A stretch of DNA of 57,165 bases. Origin: a virus (taxonomy: Duplodnaviria > Caudoviricetes). The position numbers were made by a program, and so were the translations under genes. Positions 37,967 to 46,913 of this stretch are shown here, one piece after another; within the stretch, counting starts at the first letter, position 1; every line of letters starts with the position of its first letter. The stretch is taken from positions 1 through 57,165 of the IMG/VR virus record IMGVR_UViG_3300046006_000628; one strand, written 5' to 3'. The notes beneath the pieces were generated by a model that was given only the letters and a program-made list of their open reading frames with translations, made no database searches and was not told the origin of the DNA.

Positions 37967-38737
37967 TCACGCGAATTTTGGAGCCGAGGCAACCATCGTG
38001 CCGCGTGCGTTGCCTAGATTAGCCCGGGCCCTGCGCTCGGTCGTCGAATACAGCGCCTGCTTGGCATGATAGGACGCAAGCTCACGATCGGACCAAGCCA
38101 CACCCGGCATCACAAGCAGGGTCTGAAGTGCCGAGTGCGAGATCACTTCCTCAAGGTCGTTGAAGACGACCTGATCCATGCCGGCCGCGGTGCGGGTGGG
38201 CTTGAGCGCGTAGAACATGCGGATCGAATAGACGACCTCGGCATCCGGCAGCGGCAGTACGATGTATTTGTCCGGGCTAAGCTGCGTCACAGAGCGCGGC
38301 TGCGAGGCGTCGGCGACCACGGAGTCCGGCAGGACAAAGGGTTCGTTGTCGTTGAACAGGTTCTCGTTGTACTCGAAGCTGTTGTACGAACCGGGGGGGG
38401 TCTGACTCCAGAGGACCGACGGGTCTTCGCCGCTGTAGAGATCGGCCCACTCGGGGTACTTGGCGATGGCCTGCTCAAGGGTCAGGACCTCAAGCGGCGA
38501 GTCGTTCATGATCGTGCCGAACAGGACGTGGACTTCGCTGTCGTTCGGCTTGTCGTAGAGGTACTCGTGGACCCCCGGCAGCAGGTTGAACTTGGGCTGC
38601 GTGTACCGCCATGCGAGCGTGCGCTCGCACACCCTGATCGCTGCGTCGCGGACGTGCTGAATAGCCAACGGCTGCGGACAGCCGGGCACAGACGGCAGGA
38701 CCTTGGGGAGAAGGTCCGTGAACAGACGGGTTGCCAT
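37967..38737 (-). CDS. Putative head-tail adaptor/tail protein
   Basis: VPGCP, FYALKPT, MPGVAWSD; position in the structural arm. Confidence 0.65.
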   Translation of the reverse strand: MATRLFTDLLPKVLPSVPGCPQPLAIQHVRDAAIRVCERTLAWRYTQPKFNLLPGVHEYLYDKPNDSEVHVLFGTIMNDSPLEVLTLEQAIAKYPEWADLYSGEDPSVLWSQTPPGSYNSFEYNENLFNDNEPFVLPDSVVADASQPRSVTQLSPDKYIVLPLPDAEVVYSIRMFYALKPTRTAAGMDQVVFNDLEEVISHSALQTLLVMPGVAWSDRELASYHAKQALYSTTERRARANLGNARGTMVASAPKFA

Positions 38738-39381
38738 CAGATGACCTCACCACTTTCCATACCGGCCGACTTGGTGTCGGTCAGTTTGCGGCTCTGGAGT
38801 CCTGCACCCAGTTGCTCCACGAAGCTGTCATAGAACAGCTTGGCTCGGCCGGACTGCACGTGCTCGTCGTCGATCGACTCCGCGAGGTAGACCGTTCCAT
38901 CCACAACGATCGGGAAGTACGTGTCTGAAATGACGTCGATGGAGGCGTTGATCGTGTAGTCGATCGGGCTCTTGGCATACTCCCCGACAAGAACGATCCC
39001 CGCGGCGGGGCGGGGATAGAGGAAGTAGCGATCGGGGTTCTTGACGTGCCGCATGAAGTTCACCGGCGTGCCTGACGCCTCGTTCATCCAGCCGGGGTAG
39101 TTTCGGTTCATCGTCTCACGATCGACCTCAGTGATGGCATTGCCGTTCTTCACTTGGAAGATGTCCACCAGCCGGATCGCCTCGGCGGGCAAGGACTGCA
39201 CAGCTGCGTCAGCAGTGGTCGTGATATCGACGATGTCCGTGAACAGGTCAGGTCTGAGGATCGCCATGCGCTGGAGCGTCTGGTTGACATAACCTAAAAG
39301 TACCGTGTCGCTATAGCGATACGGTACCAGCTGGTCCTGCACCAAGCGGCGGACCTCAGTTATGACCTCCGCTGGCGTCAT
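38737..39381 (-). CDS. Putative head-tail adaptor (DUF6682-like)
   Basis: RYSD..LL.YVN...RPD, FLYP motifs. Confidence 0.65.
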   Translation of the reverse strand: MTPAEVITEVRRLVQDQLVPYRYSDTVLLGYVNQTLQRMAILRPDLFTDIVDITTTADAAVQSLPAEAIRLVDIFQVKNGNAITEVDRETMNRNYPGWMNEASGTPVNFMRHVKNPDRYFLYPRPAAGIVLVGEYAKSPIDYTINASIDVISDTYFPIVVDGTVYLAESIDDEHVQSGRAKLFYDSFVEQLGAGLQSRKLTDTKSAGMESGEVI

Positions 39382-39623
39382 TCAGGCAAGTCCCTCGAAG
39401 CGTCCGCTGACAGTTCCGGCGAAGTATATACGGGTTCCTCGGGGATGTCATCAGTTGAAAGTTCAAGGCGCTTGGTACGGCGCTTTGCCTTCTCTACCGC
39501 CGGAGTCATGAACCGCTCGGGGTATGCCTCTTCTTCTGTGACTTCCTCGCACAGCACGTTCCTCGCGAGAATCTCGTTCCACTCGTAGATGAAGCCGTCG
39601 TTCTTATTGCGCAGATACCGCAT
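39378..39623 (-). CDS. Hypothetical protein
   Basis: Tightly coupled on both sides. Confidence 0.65.
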   Translation of the reverse strand: MRYLRNKNDGFIYEWNEILARNVLCEEVTEEEAYPERFMTPAVEKAKRRTKRLELSTDDIPEEPVYTSPELSADASRDLPE

Positions 39624-39760
39624 TACTTCTTTCCCTTCTTGGCGACACCCTTAATGGTGCCCTTGTTTTCCGAGGCGTAGAACACGCGCTCTCCCTGCTC
39701 CTTGCCGTACTGCTTCTGCATTGCGGCCTTGATCTTCTTACCTTTTTTGTTCAGCGGCAT
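39623..39760 (-). CDS. 45-aa basic protein (absent from the ORF track)
   Basis: MPLNKKGKKIKAAMQKQYGKEQGERVFYASENKGTIKGVAKKGKK; GAGG RBS. Confidence 0.75.
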   Translation of the reverse strand: MPLNKKGKKIKAAMQKQYGKEQGERVFYASENKGTIKGVAKKGKK

Positions 39761-39761
39761 G

Positions 39762-39992
39762 TTACTTCCTCTTCCCTGATGGCGACACTGGCCACGACTT
39801 GCGCGCAGGACCGGTCTTCTTGGCTGCCATGGTGCGCTTCTCGGAGGCGGTCATCTTAGCGGCAGCAGCGGCCGGACGGCAAGCAGGATAGGCCCGCGAG
39901 GACTTCTCAGACCCGGAGCGCCCGCACTCCTTACCGGTCTTGGTATCGACCCACTTCTCGCCGAACCACTTGCCGAGTCCGCCCTTGCTCAT
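39762..39992 (-). CDS. Small basic protein (DUF5872-like)
   Basis: GLGKWFGEKWVD...CGR...YPACRP. Confidence 0.7.
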   Translation of the reverse strand: MSKGGLGKWFGEKWVDTKTGKECGRSGSEKSSRAYPACRPAAAAAKMTASEKRTMAAKKTGPARKSWPVSPSGKRK

Positions 39993-40156
39993 TTCTTCAC
40001 CCGGTTGTCCGGGCCACTCCAGCCGCCGCCCCGCTTCTTGTACTCCTTCGAGGCCCACGCGTTGGCGTAGGCAGAGGGGTACATGTCGAACTTGGCCTTG
40101 GCCGCAGCCTTGACCTTGGACCAGAGTGCTGGGTTGGTGGGCTTGGGGCTGGCCAT
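39989..40156 (-). CDS. 55-aa basic protein (absent from the ORF track)
   Basis: PTNPALWSKVKAAAKAKFDMYPSAYANAWASKEYKKRGGGW. Confidence 0.75.
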   Translation of the reverse strand: MASPKPTNPALWSKVKAAAKAKFDMYPSAYANAWASKEYKKRGGGWSGPDNRVKK

Positions 40157-40157
40157 G

Positions 40158-40412
40158 TCAGCAGTTCCATGCCCGAAGGCTTTTGTTGATCCGGCTGTTC
40201 GGATCGCTGGCTGTCTTCTTGGAGGTCAGCTTCTTCTTCATGCCCTCCATCCGGGCGCAGAAGCTATCACGACGTGGACCACCCTCAGGCTGCGGTGCCT
40301 TGAGTCCGGGCTTGCCCGGGTTGGCCTTGTTGTAGGATGCGCGCCCCTTGGCGTTGAGGCCACCGGCCTCGCTCTTGCCTTCCTTGCGGGTCCAAGCAGG
40401 TGTCTTAGCCAT
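40158..40412 (-). CDS. Small basic protein (DUF6321-like)
   Basis: AWTRKEGK..GGLNAKGRAS...RRDSFCARM...SRINKSLRAWNC. Confidence 0.75.
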   Translation of the reverse strand: MAKTPAWTRKEGKSEAGGLNAKGRASYNKANPGKPGLKAPQPEGGPRRDSFCARMEGMKKKLTSKKTASDPNSRINKSLRAWNC

Positions 40413-41518
40413 CACGCGATCCTCTCAACCGCGAGAACTGTGGACGGGATAGCTGGGATCGCAGGCGGGCCTGTGACTGCGGCAGTGTGTTCGAGCGTGA
40501 CTAGCGTGCTCTCGGGGAGCCAGAAGATTTGCGCGTACTGTCCCGCAGTCACGGTGAGGTAGAACACGATCTGAAAGAACCCCACGCCACCGTCGGCGGC
40601 TTTAGGGACGACGACCCGTGTAGCGGAGCGGGGCACGTTGGTGCCATTTACAGATAGCCATATCGTGATGTCGTGGTCGTTGCTGTCCGTGTTCTCCAGC
40701 TGCATGTTCGGTGCCACCATATAGGTGCCCGCTGCAGCGAACGTCAGCCGTGTCAGGTTCGTGCCGTCGGTGACCATCGTAATACCGGCACCTGCAATCT
40801 CAGTCGTACCGAACTTCATCGCCGTAGGCACCGTGGTGCTGCCGGTCTGGTCCGTGATGTCAGAGAAGGCTGCAAAGGCCCGGCCGGTAATCGTGCTGTA
40901 TGGCACCTTGCCGCTGAGGATATCGACGTTGGTGATGTTCACCTCGCCGGTACCCTTGGGCGTGATGTTGATGTCGATGTTGGTGTCGGTGCCGTCGGCA
41001 GCCAGTGTGCTCCCGTTGAGGTTAACCCCCGCGGCCGCGGCGCTGGTGGCCAGCGTCGTCGATTCCACCAGCGTGAGCCCAGAGAAGCTGCCGGTGAATG
41101 TGACGCCTGAGACTGTGCCGCCGGTGATGGCGACCGCGTTGGCGTTCTGGGTGGCGATGGTGCCGAGTCCGAGGTTGGTCCGTGCGCCCGAAGCGTCAGA
41201 CGCCCCTGTGCCGCCGTCAGCGACGGCGAGGTCCGTGATCCCCGTGATGGTGCCGCCGGTAACAGCCACCTTGGTCATGCTCACTGAGCCCGTGCCGTTG
41301 GGCGCGAGGACGAGGTTCCCGTTCGTGTCGAGCGTGCTGATCGTGTTGCCGTTCAGCTGGACGTTCTCAACCGAGGCAGACCCTGTTCCGACTTTCAGTG
41401 CCGTGGCTACCCCCGTCCCGCTGTAGACAGTCTTCTCACCAGCTTCAGGACCACCGTCCACATGGAGCAGCTGGTTGTAGGTGTCCTTGATCTTCTGAGA
41501 CGTCAGGTTCGTTGACAT
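40412..41518 (-). CDS. Tail fibre-like protein
   Basis: GGTGAS..ARTNLGLG repeats; Thr/Gly-rich; C1q-like C-terminus. Confidence 0.7.
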   Translation of the reverse strand: MSTNLTSQKIKDTYNQLLHVDGGPEAGEKTVYSGTGVATALKVGTGSASVENVQLNGNTISTLDTNGNLVLAPNGTGSVSMTKVAVTGGTITGITDLAVADGGTGASDASGARTNLGLGTIATQNANAVAITGGTVSGVTFTGSFSGLTLVESTTLATSAAAAGVNLNGSTLAADGTDTNIDINITPKGTGEVNITNVDILSGKVPYSTITGRAFAAFSDITDQTGSTTVPTAMKFGTTEIAGAGITMVTDGTNLTRLTFAAAGTYMVAPNMQLENTDSNDHDITIWLSVNGTNVPRSATRVVVPKAADGGVGFFQIVFYLTVTAGQYAQIFWLPESTLVTLEHTAAVTGPPAIPAIPSTVLAVERIA

Positions 41519-41548
41519 GGTGGTTGGTCCTTAGGCTCACGTGGATCA

Positions 41549-43642
41549 TTATAGCAGTGGGTTACCATCAATATCAAACGCCGATCCTTGTAACTCACCG
41601 TCAACTTGACCCCGCCAGTGCTGAATTGTAATGTCGCCGTTGTTCCCAGAGCCGCCGCTTTGTGCCGTATCTGACGTAATAAATACGTCAGCAGCACCGC
41701 CGTCTGTACCATAACAGCCCCAGAGCAGCATTTCCTTGGTGGTTCCTGCACCCAAAAGCTTCTCGTGCCAGAACAGGGCTTTCGGGCTTCCTGCGCCGGG
41801 ATCACCAGCGCCCACGTTATAGTTTAGAGAATGGCACCCATTCACATCAGCCACGACTGCGCCTCTAGACATGCCGGCAACTGTATTGGTGCGCAGTATG
41901 TGCATACTATCATGCGCAGTAGTGACGTTTGCAGAAGTTCCAAGTGCAGGTTGGTCGGCAAAGCCTACAAACCCGGAGAAAAACCCGGAGCAATCGTTCT
42001 CGTAGATTGTAATATACTCCCCCTTAGTGCCGTCAGTCTTAAAGGAGTGATAGTTGAAGCAGTCACTGCGTGACCATTTTGCGTGGCAGTTGTCCAGCGC
42101 GGTCACGCCTGCATCGTAAATCTCAAACTGGTTTCCGCTTCCGCCATAGGCGAGACAGTTCCGCAGCCCGACATAACTTTGGTTGGGTGCCATAGTCGAA
42201 CTTGCCGTAACAGGTCGAAATCTAAAGTTTGCATTTGTAGCGGTACCTACGTTGGAGAGAAAGTCAAGATTTTCGAACAGCAGCACTCCGCTAGTAGTGT
42301 CTAGAACTTGGCTAAAACCGTGTTGGTACGGGGATTCCGTATAGAGCCACCCATTAGCTGGGTCTGGAATACGTCCGTCGTGCATATGGACGTAGAGGTC
42401 TGCGTTCGCGCCATCCCAAAAATATGTACCACGCGTCGTCTGGCAGGTGGCAACGTCCGCAGCCGCTGTAATCGGGAGCGGAATCCCATTATTGTCTTTG
42501 AATTTAGCATCAAACTGGGCGCGATAAAATTTTGCTGACGCCGTAGTCGAAACATAAGCTCCGCTCGCGCCACTGGCCGTCCACGAAAAAGACGCAAGGT
42601 CGTAACTTTCGCGCATAGAGGCGAAAATAGTGCGCCCACTTGGGCTTGCTGACCTAACTTTTAGTTTACCCGAAAACGGAATAGCCCCACCCGAATTACT
42701 CTTACTCAGATATCCCACAATCTCATCTTTAACATTAAGTACTGCGGGTGATGTCATATTAAGATAGGCATAGTTACATGTTTTCCACGCGGTGCCAGAT
42801 GTAAGTCCGTCATTCGCATCGCTACCAGCAGTATAGTCTAGGTAGTAGTTAGTAGCTACCTCGTACCGCGTAAAGTCCATTATATCATATGGATTTACTA
42901 TATATCTGACCGCGTTATCGTCTGAATATAGACGCGCACTAAGTTTATTGTTGAAGGTTACAGGTAATGTTATAGATTGTATTGGTAGCGATTGAGATGC
43001 TACTGCGCGCAGTTGCGGCGCGTATGCGCGGTATAGTTTTATACCGCCGGCAGTTACTAGATCATTATCTACAGCAACTGATGCTGCAACCTCATAGCTA
43101 AATCCCTCCGCCCGTGTGCGAATGATATCTCCGGCAGATACGGTGCTAGATTGTCCTGCCGTATAGGTAAAAGTGGTATCCGCAATAACTGCAGTAACAT
43201 CTTCACGGTCAAAGAACCCGGCAGCAGCCCCGGCTACGTTTGCAAATCCCTGCGCCTTGGCAGCATAATGCAGAGCCGAATACTTGTTGGGCTCAACGGC
43301 CGTGTTCTCTGGGTTTACTGCCCATGCCTCTGCAGCAGCGATGGCGATCTGTTCGTAGTTCTGCCAACCCGACGATGTGTAGTAGCGGAAGATCATGTCC
43401 GAAGAGCGGAGGTACCCGTCGCCAAGTGCGAGCGAGTCGCCGTTGAAGCGCTGCGTAGGGTCCGCTGTAAGCACGCCGTGAAAGTAGAGGAACGGGAGAT
43501 CGTCGATCATACCCTCAGCCAGCTGCGATCGTGAGATGCGCTTGGTGGTATTGGCAGTCGTATCAAAGATCACGACGTCGTCATTGTTGGCGCTACCTGC
43601 GCCAGAGAGAGCCGTCAGTTCTGAGATACGCTTGCCGGGCAT
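41549..43642 (-). CDS. Tailspike/receptor-binding protein, probable beta-helix depolymerase
   Basis: KRISELTA N-terminus, YSALHYA, GSDANDGLT..AWKT, Asn/Gly-rich; AT-richer C-terminal part. Confidence 0.7.
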   Translation of the reverse strand: MPGKRISELTALSGAGSANNDDVVIFDTTANTTKRISRSQLAEGMIDDLPFLYFHGVLTADPTQRFNGDSLALGDGYLRSSDMIFRYYTSSGWQNYEQIAIAAAEAWAVNPENTAVEPNKYSALHYAAKAQGFANVAGAAAGFFDREDVTAVIADTTFTYTAGQSSTVSAGDIIRTRAEGFSYEVAASVAVDNDLVTAGGIKLYRAYAPQLRAVASQSLPIQSITLPVTFNNKLSARLYSDDNAVRYIVNPYDIMDFTRYEVATNYYLDYTAGSDANDGLTSGTAWKTCNYAYLNMTSPAVLNVKDEIVGYLSKSNSGGAIPFSGKLKVRSASPSGRTIFASMRESYDLASFSWTASGASGAYVSTTASAKFYRAQFDAKFKDNNGIPLPITAAADVATCQTTRGTYFWDGANADLYVHMHDGRIPDPANGWLYTESPYQHGFSQVLDTTSGVLLFENLDFLSNVGTATNANFRFRPVTASSTMAPNQSYVGLRNCLAYGGSGNQFEIYDAGVTALDNCHAKWSRSDCFNYHSFKTDGTKGEYITIYENDCSGFFSGFVGFADQPALGTSANVTTAHDSMHILRTNTVAGMSRGAVVADVNGCHSLNYNVGAGDPGAGSPKALFWHEKLLGAGTTKEMLLWGCYGTDGGAADVFITSDTAQSGGSGNNGDITIQHWRGQVDGELQGSAFDIDGNPLL

Positions 43643-43662
43643 GGTCTATCCTATCATGAAGG

Positions 43663-43686
43663 AGTCAGGCCCCGGAGGGCCTGACT
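43663..43686 (-). terminator. GC hairpin after the capsid-associated genes
   Basis: AGTCAGGCCC-N4-GGGCCTGACT; weak U-tract. Confidence 0.5.
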
Positions 43687-43690
43687 TGTG

Positions 43691-44158
43691 TTAGACAACG
43701 ACGTAGTCGAAGATCACGTCGATGTGAGTAGCAGTCGTCACATCACTGCCCGTCTTGCCGACGGTGATGCCAGTGCTCACGTCGTTAGCAACGAAGGAAG
43801 CGCCATCCGCGAGGACAGCCGCGCCCGTGCCACCAGCGGTGAGGACCGTGCTCCGTGTCAGGCTGGCCTGAGCAAAAGCAACAAGTTTTACCGCAGTGGT
43901 CTGAGTACCCAGCACATCCACGGTAGTGACTGCACCAACAGCACCGCCAACGGCGATGGCCTTGCAGCTGACCATACGTATACTCTTGCCGGTGATGGCA
44001 GCTACGAGAGTCGCCCCGGCGTTTACCTGAGCGATCGTGAATCGCACACGCGCGCTCAGGACAGAGTCAGTGACGTTAAGGCGCGTAATGGTCGCCTCGT
44101 CCGCTTCAAGGCTGATCGCCTTGAGCCTAGAGTGCGTAACCCCAGTATAAACAGACAT
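43691..44158 (-). CDS. Putative capsid-associated/decoration protein
   Basis: Ala/Thr/Val-rich, beta-type composition; downstream of the major capsid gene. Confidence 0.6.
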   Translation of the reverse strand: MSVYTGVTHSRLKAISLEADEATITRLNVTDSVLSARVRFTIAQVNAGATLVAAITGKSIRMVSCKAIAVGGAVGAVTTVDVLGTQTTAVKLVAFAQASLTRSTVLTAGGTGAAVLADGASFVANDVSTGITVGKTGSDVTTATHIDVIFDYVVV

Positions 44159-44180
44159 TTTCCCATCTCCTATTTGAGGG

Positions 44181-44202
44181 GGTGGGGGCCGAAGCCCCCA
44201 CC
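44181..44202 (-). terminator. Hairpin with UUCG loop
   Basis: GGTGGGGGC-TTCG-GCCCCCACC on the - strand; no U-tract. Confidence 0.45.
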
Positions 44203-44203
44203 G

Positions 44204-44680
44204 TTAGGCCGACGGGATCGTGCCCAGATCAGCGCCCATGTTCACAACAGCCAGCGAGACCTTGACGCGAGCGACGTCAATGGAGTTGGTGTTGATGGTC
44301 AGCAGGATGTTGGTGTTCACCGCGCAGTAGTAGGCCGTCGCGTCGGCATAGCCGCCGCTCGTGCCCACAGCAGCGTTCAGGTCGAAGCCGTCAACCCAGA
44401 AGTCAACGGTTCCGCCGCCGATGCCAACGTCGATGTTACCCGCAGCGCCTTCTGCCTTCTCCAGCGTAGCGACGCCGGACAGGACGAACGAGCCCTTGGG
44501 GAGCACACCGATCACCAGTGTATCGGTAGCAGCCAGCGCAGCAGCGCTAGCAGCGGTCCGAGCAGCGGCGATCTTGGCGAAATCGAGTTCGATCTCGATG
44601 ACGCTCACGCGGTCAGTGTAGTTGGCGGTGAAGCCAGCCGAGTTCTTATAGAACCCGAGCGAGTCGGTATAAGCAACCAT
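44204..44680 (-). CDS. Putative capsid decoration/cement protein
   Basis: LPKGSFVL..., directly after the major capsid gene. Confidence 0.65.
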   Translation of the reverse strand: MVAYTDSLGFYKNSAGFTANYTDRVSVIEIELDFAKIAAARTAASAAALAATDTLVIGVLPKGSFVLSGVATLEKAEGAAGNIDVGIGGGTVDFWVDGFDLNAAVGTSGGYADATAYYCAVNTNILLTINTNSIDVARVKVSLAVVNMGADLGTIPSA

Positions 44681-44692
44681 GATCAGGTCTCC

Positions 44693-45619
44693 TTATGCGA
44701 ACGTGACGACGGCTTGCGACAGAGCTTCAGGTTTCACGACTTGGTAGCCGTAGACCTGCAGCCCGCGGATGATGTTCCCGAAGGTGGACTGCGCACGAAG
44801 CGTTTCCATCTCGGTCATCTGCGACGCAAAGGTGAAGCCCATCTTGTGGCCGGCGACGATCGAGGTCTTACCCGAAGAGACGTTCAGGTTGTGCGACACA
44901 TAGAGTGTGAAGCGATCGATCATGCCGAGACGGCCGTTGCGCATCGGGGAGACACCGTCACCGGTCAGCGACGCGTCCTTCAGTTCGGACTTCTTGACGA
45001 TACCAGCCATCTTGGCGGGGATCACAAGGAAGCGGTCCGACTCGGGGACGTTGGCTTCGTCGAGCACGGTGCCCATATCGACGATCAGGTCGATCACGGA
45101 GGTGGTGCCGCCAGCGCCATCCTTGGTCACGGTCAGCGGAGACGCCGTCGTGCCGAGGTTGAAGGATGCCGACTGCTGACCAGCAGTGAGACCCTTGTTG
45201 AACGCGCCGATACCCGGGAGCATATCGGTCAGCACGCGCTGATCGATCTTGATTTTCATCTGCTCCGAGGCGTCCTTCGACCACATGTCCATCAACTTGA
45301 TGTCCGACTGGACACGGTCGATGTCGTCCTCGACGCAGGAGAAGTACTCGCCTTTGTCGATGAGCAGCTGCAGCTTGGGCGAGTCAGGGTTCTCGACGAC
45401 AAGGTTCTGGCCCTTGACGTACTCACGAATGGTGATGTTCGGCTGGGTACGGATGTTAACCGTATCACCCATGGTGCGAATTTCACCTTCGTAGTCGGTG
45501 TTCGAGATCGCTGCGAGCACAGTGGCATCGTAGAAGTTCTCGATCAGTTTACCGGACCAAACCTCGGGGATAAAGTTACCCGAATAGTTCGGCCGGCCGG
45601 GAGCGACTGGATAGGCCAT
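44693..45619 (-). CDS. Major capsid protein
   Basis: FIPEVWS, YEGEI...GDTVNI, G.IDRF.LY.S.NL, RGLQVYG; follows the scaffold gene. Confidence 0.88.
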   Translation of the reverse strand: MAYPVAPGRPNYSGNFIPEVWSGKLIENFYDATVLAAISNTDYEGEIRTMGDTVNIRTQPNITIREYVKGQNLVVENPDSPKLQLLIDKGEYFSCVEDDIDRVQSDIKLMDMWSKDASEQMKIKIDQRVLTDMLPGIGAFNKGLTAGQQSASFNLGTTASPLTVTKDGAGGTTSVIDLIVDMGTVLDEANVPESDRFLVIPAKMAGIVKKSELKDASLTGDGVSPMRNGRLGMIDRFTLYVSHNLNVSSGKTSIVAGHKMGFTFASQMTEMETLRAQSTFGNIIRGLQVYGYQVVKPEALSQAVVTFA

Positions 45620-45644
45620 GTGTTGTCCTTTCACTTAGCCAGTT

Positions 45645-46649
45645 TCACGTAATGCGACCTTCGCGCTGTGCGGCGAAGATATCGCGCTCGATCCGGTCAC
45701 GCTCCTGCTCTTTGCCCTTATACACACCTTTGCGAACATCGTCAAAGAACTTGGCGATGTCGGTACGCGAGTAAGACTTGGCGTCATTACCAGCAGTGCT
45801 GGCAGAAGCTGTGGTCCTACCGCGCCCCGGCGCGATCTGTTTTTCGAGCTGAGTAGCAGTTGCGGTCCGAGTTTGCTGAGCAGCAGAATTGCCATTCGAT
45901 GACTGCCACGTACGGAAGAACTCGCCGACGCGATGAGCGTCGAGTTGACCTTGTGCATTGTCGAGGTACACCTGCCGGTTCATACCGGACAGGGGATCGA
46001 CTTCCAGCAACCAGCTATGGAACCCTTGGTTGGCGTTGATTTCACGCCAGTCGGGCACAATAGCGGACAACTCTGACCAGAACGTGTTCTCAGCAGTGAG
46101 GGCTTGCCTCTGAACCACGCTCTCCACCTTGGGGACGACGTTGGTCTGCACTTGCATGACCGTACGCTTGAGGTCGGCGATCTCGCGGTATGCTTCGCTA
46201 AGCTCTTCACGAGCCGCTCTCCGCATAACGTCGATAGAATCTCCGTACTCCTCAGTGTCCTTGTCAGTGATGAGCCTAGCCGCAGTGCCCTGTGCAGGTT
46301 GACCCTGCTGGGGTGCGGAGAGCGAGGAGATCAGCTGTTCAAGCTGACTTACCCGCTGGTTCATCTGATTGTTCTCCGCCCGAAGCCGGGTGGTGTCAGC
46401 ATTGTACATCCCTTGCAGGGACCGCCAGCGCTGTTCGTAGGTCTGTTCTTCGTCGGTGTTGTCGGATCGTCCATGCTCGGCGGACGCCGACCCAGCTGCA
46501 AGAGGTACGACACGGTTGGCAGGCTCAGCCTCAAAGCTCTCATTACCCGTCTCAGCGCCCGCTTCGGGGGCTCCAGACTCGGGGTTAAGGTCTTCGTACA
46601 GCTTTGCAACAGCCTCTGACTGCCGACGTACTTGCTCAGGAATAGCCAT
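45645..46649 (-). CDS. Capsid scaffolding protein
   Basis: Acidic, coiled-coil; LQGMYN, PDW..IN, AQREGRI; between portal and major capsid genes. Confidence 0.75.
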   Translation of the reverse strand: MAIPEQVRRQSEAVAKLYEDLNPESGAPEAGAETGNESFEAEPANRVVPLAAGSASAEHGRSDNTDEEQTYEQRWRSLQGMYNADTTRLRAENNQMNQRVSQLEQLISSLSAPQQGQPAQGTAARLITDKDTEEYGDSIDVMRRAAREELSEAYREIADLKRTVMQVQTNVVPKVESVVQRQALTAENTFWSELSAIVPDWREINANQGFHSWLLEVDPLSGMNRQVYLDNAQGQLDAHRVGEFFRTWQSSNGNSAAQQTRTATATQLEKQIAPGRGRTTASASTAGNDAKSYSRTDIAKFFDDVRKGVYKGKEQERDRIERDIFAAQREGRIT

Positions 46650-46682
46650 TGTGAACGCTCCTCTCGGGTGTGCGTGATTGGA

Positions 46683-46913
46683 TCAGCTGCCTCTACGAGA
46701 CTGTGCTGCTAAGTCAGGGGACTCATTTATGAGCTTATAAAGCTCACTCAGAACCTGACACCGCCCCTGTGCAAGTGTCACGCTCTGTGCTCCGACGCTG
46801 GGTAGCCTTTCAAGCTCAGACATCCGCCACTCTCCCAACCATTCTGCAATGACCGGGTGTTGACGAACGCTGCTTGCCAGCGCGTGGATTACTTCTGGGG
46901 TGGCCTGCTTCAC
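46683..46913 (-). CDS. Small protein downstream of portal
   Basis: AQGRCQVL motif; ATGA overlap with portal. Confidence 0.7.
   Translation of the reverse strand: MKQATPEVIHALASSVRQHPVIAEWLGEWRMSELERLPSVGAQSVTLAQGRCQVLSELYKLINESPDLAAQSRRGS

Noticed and set aside
43688-45652. 654-aa + strand ORF, and other long antisense ORFs such as 20333-21580 and 46874-47815
   Set aside because: They are shadows of GC-rich genes with strong codon bias on the opposite strand; no RBS or recognisable motifs
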